A stretch of 64,000 nucleotides of DNA from Takakia lepidozioides. Lineage: Eukaryota; Plantae; Bryophyta. This document shows, piece by piece, positions 62,445 to 64,000 of the stretch (position 1 is the stretch's first letter; every line of letters begins with the position of its first letter). The stretch is from contig CM060733.1 of assembly GCA_030704615.1 (NCBI GenBank), positions 18,972,001 through 19,036,000 on the forward strand, in the 5' to 3' direction. Below the pieces are notes generated by a model. It made no database searches, was not told the origin of the DNA, and saw only the letters and a program-made list of their open reading frames with translations. A program made the translations under genes and the position numbers.

Positions 62445-63980
62445 TCGAATGAGTTTTGATTGATCTGATATTAGTCTGGGACCTGTGAGAGGGTGTCTCA
62501 AACGTACTGGCAAAGTTTGGAAGCAAACAAAAATGATTTGGATGGGCAACCATCCGTTCACCCATTCACTGTATTCTGTTGGACGTGCTATTAGTTTGGG
62601 ACCTGTTGGACTGCGTTTCGGGTGCTCATGTTTTTTTTTTCCATTCAGTTTTTGAATGGGGCGTGTAATGACTCCATATGCAACGTGCGTGCCAAATTTG
62701 GGAGCGATCAAAATTCATCTGGACCCAAAACCACAGTTTCTTGCCCGTTTTGCACTCCAAACTTTGATTTGTACTCTACTTCATGCACTCTTTATAGAAA
62801 GTTTTGCAATAGTGAGCGAAGAGAACATTTTTTTTTGGGGCATTTTTGATCGGTCCAAATTTTGGCGGGGGAGTAGCATTGGGATGCTTGAAGCCGCAAA
62901 ACAAAATTGAGCCAAAAACAAAATCGATGCGTACCAGAAACCCCCAATGAAAGGCAGTGCAAACTATTTATTGGCTTAAAAATTAATTTAAATTCAATTA
63001 CATTATGGAATGGCTTGGTGTCGATGGAGAGACAAATGATTTATTCGTCTATTGTGTCTCAGCACACATGTTCAAGCACATGCGGGCAAAATTGGGCTTC
63101 AACCACATCCGTTCATTGGGTGCAATAGCCGTGCACGTATTGCAGGGTTTCTTTTTCGCTATGAACAAAAACCAGATGACAACTGAACGCCTCATTGGCC
63201 CATCGAACGAATTTCGATTGATCTTATATTACACTGGGACTTATCAGAGGGCACATTGAACACACTGGCCAAGTCTCAAAGTGAACGAAAATCATTGGAT
63301 GGGCAACCATCCGTCGGCCCATTGAACGAATTTCGGTTGATCTCATATTACTCTGGGGCCTCTTCCATGGTACATTGAACATACTGGCCAAGTCTCAAAG
63401 CGAACCAAAATCATTTCGATGGCCAACCATCCGTTGAGCCATTGAATGAATTTCGATTGATCTGATATTAGTCCGGGACCTGTGAGAGGGTGTCTCAAAC
63501 GTACTCGCAAAGTTTGGAAGCAAACAAAAATGATTTGGATAGGCAACCATCCGTTCACCCATTGAATGTATTCTGTTGGATGTGCTATTACTTTGGGACC
63601 TGTTGGACTGCGTTTTGCGTGCTCATGTTTTTTTTTTTCATTCAGTTTTTAAATGGGGCGTGTAATGACTCCATATGCAACGTGCGTGCCAAATTTGGGA
63701 GCGATCAAAATTCATCTGGACCCAAAACCACAGTTTCTTGCCTGTTTTGCACTCCAAACTTGATTTGTGATCTATTTCATGCACTCTTTATAGAGAGTTC
63801 TGCAATAGTGAACGAAGAGAACATTGTTTTTTTGGGGCATTTTTTATCGGTCCAAATTTTGGCGGGGGAGTAGCATTGGGATGCTTGAAGCCGCAAAACA
63901 AAATTGAGCCAAAAACAAAATCGATACGTACCAGAAACCCCCAATGAAAGGCAGTGCAAACCTATTTATTGACTTAAAAA
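62445..63980. repeat. Second block of the 1-kb higher-order repeat (~1.5 units)
   Basis: Same unit and orientation as 50484-53930; directly abuts hairpin array 3. Confidence 0.95.
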
Positions 63981-64000
63981 TGTACTTGGTAGATTTGTCA

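Overview
Eukaryotic, intron-containing nuclear DNA from a land plant, probably a non-seed lineage (moss, liverwort, hornwort or lycophyte; inferred, not determined). Host genes: the 3' part of a thaumatin-like protein, an intronless HINT hydrolase, a 14-exon plastid-type RecA, two tandem-duplicated OPT oligopeptide transporters, and an uninterrupted bacterial-type mannosylglycerate synthase (GT78) on the minus strand. Most of the remainder is transposon-derived: decayed L1-type LINEs, pogo/DDE_1, hAT and CACTA-like remnants, three hAT MITEs with 8-bp TSDs, two TTAA-flanked piggyBac-type MITEs, and tRNA-derived SINEs. From 46.6 kb onward there is a repeated composite structure of ~51-bp-periodic GC hairpin arrays plus a 1-kb higher-order tandem repeat; one copy also encloses a hAT transposase pseudogene and a RING-H2 pseudogene. 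The most notable items are the MGS gene, the piggyBac-like elements and the hairpin-array/1-kb-repeat composite. All assignments were made by eye; no database searches were run.
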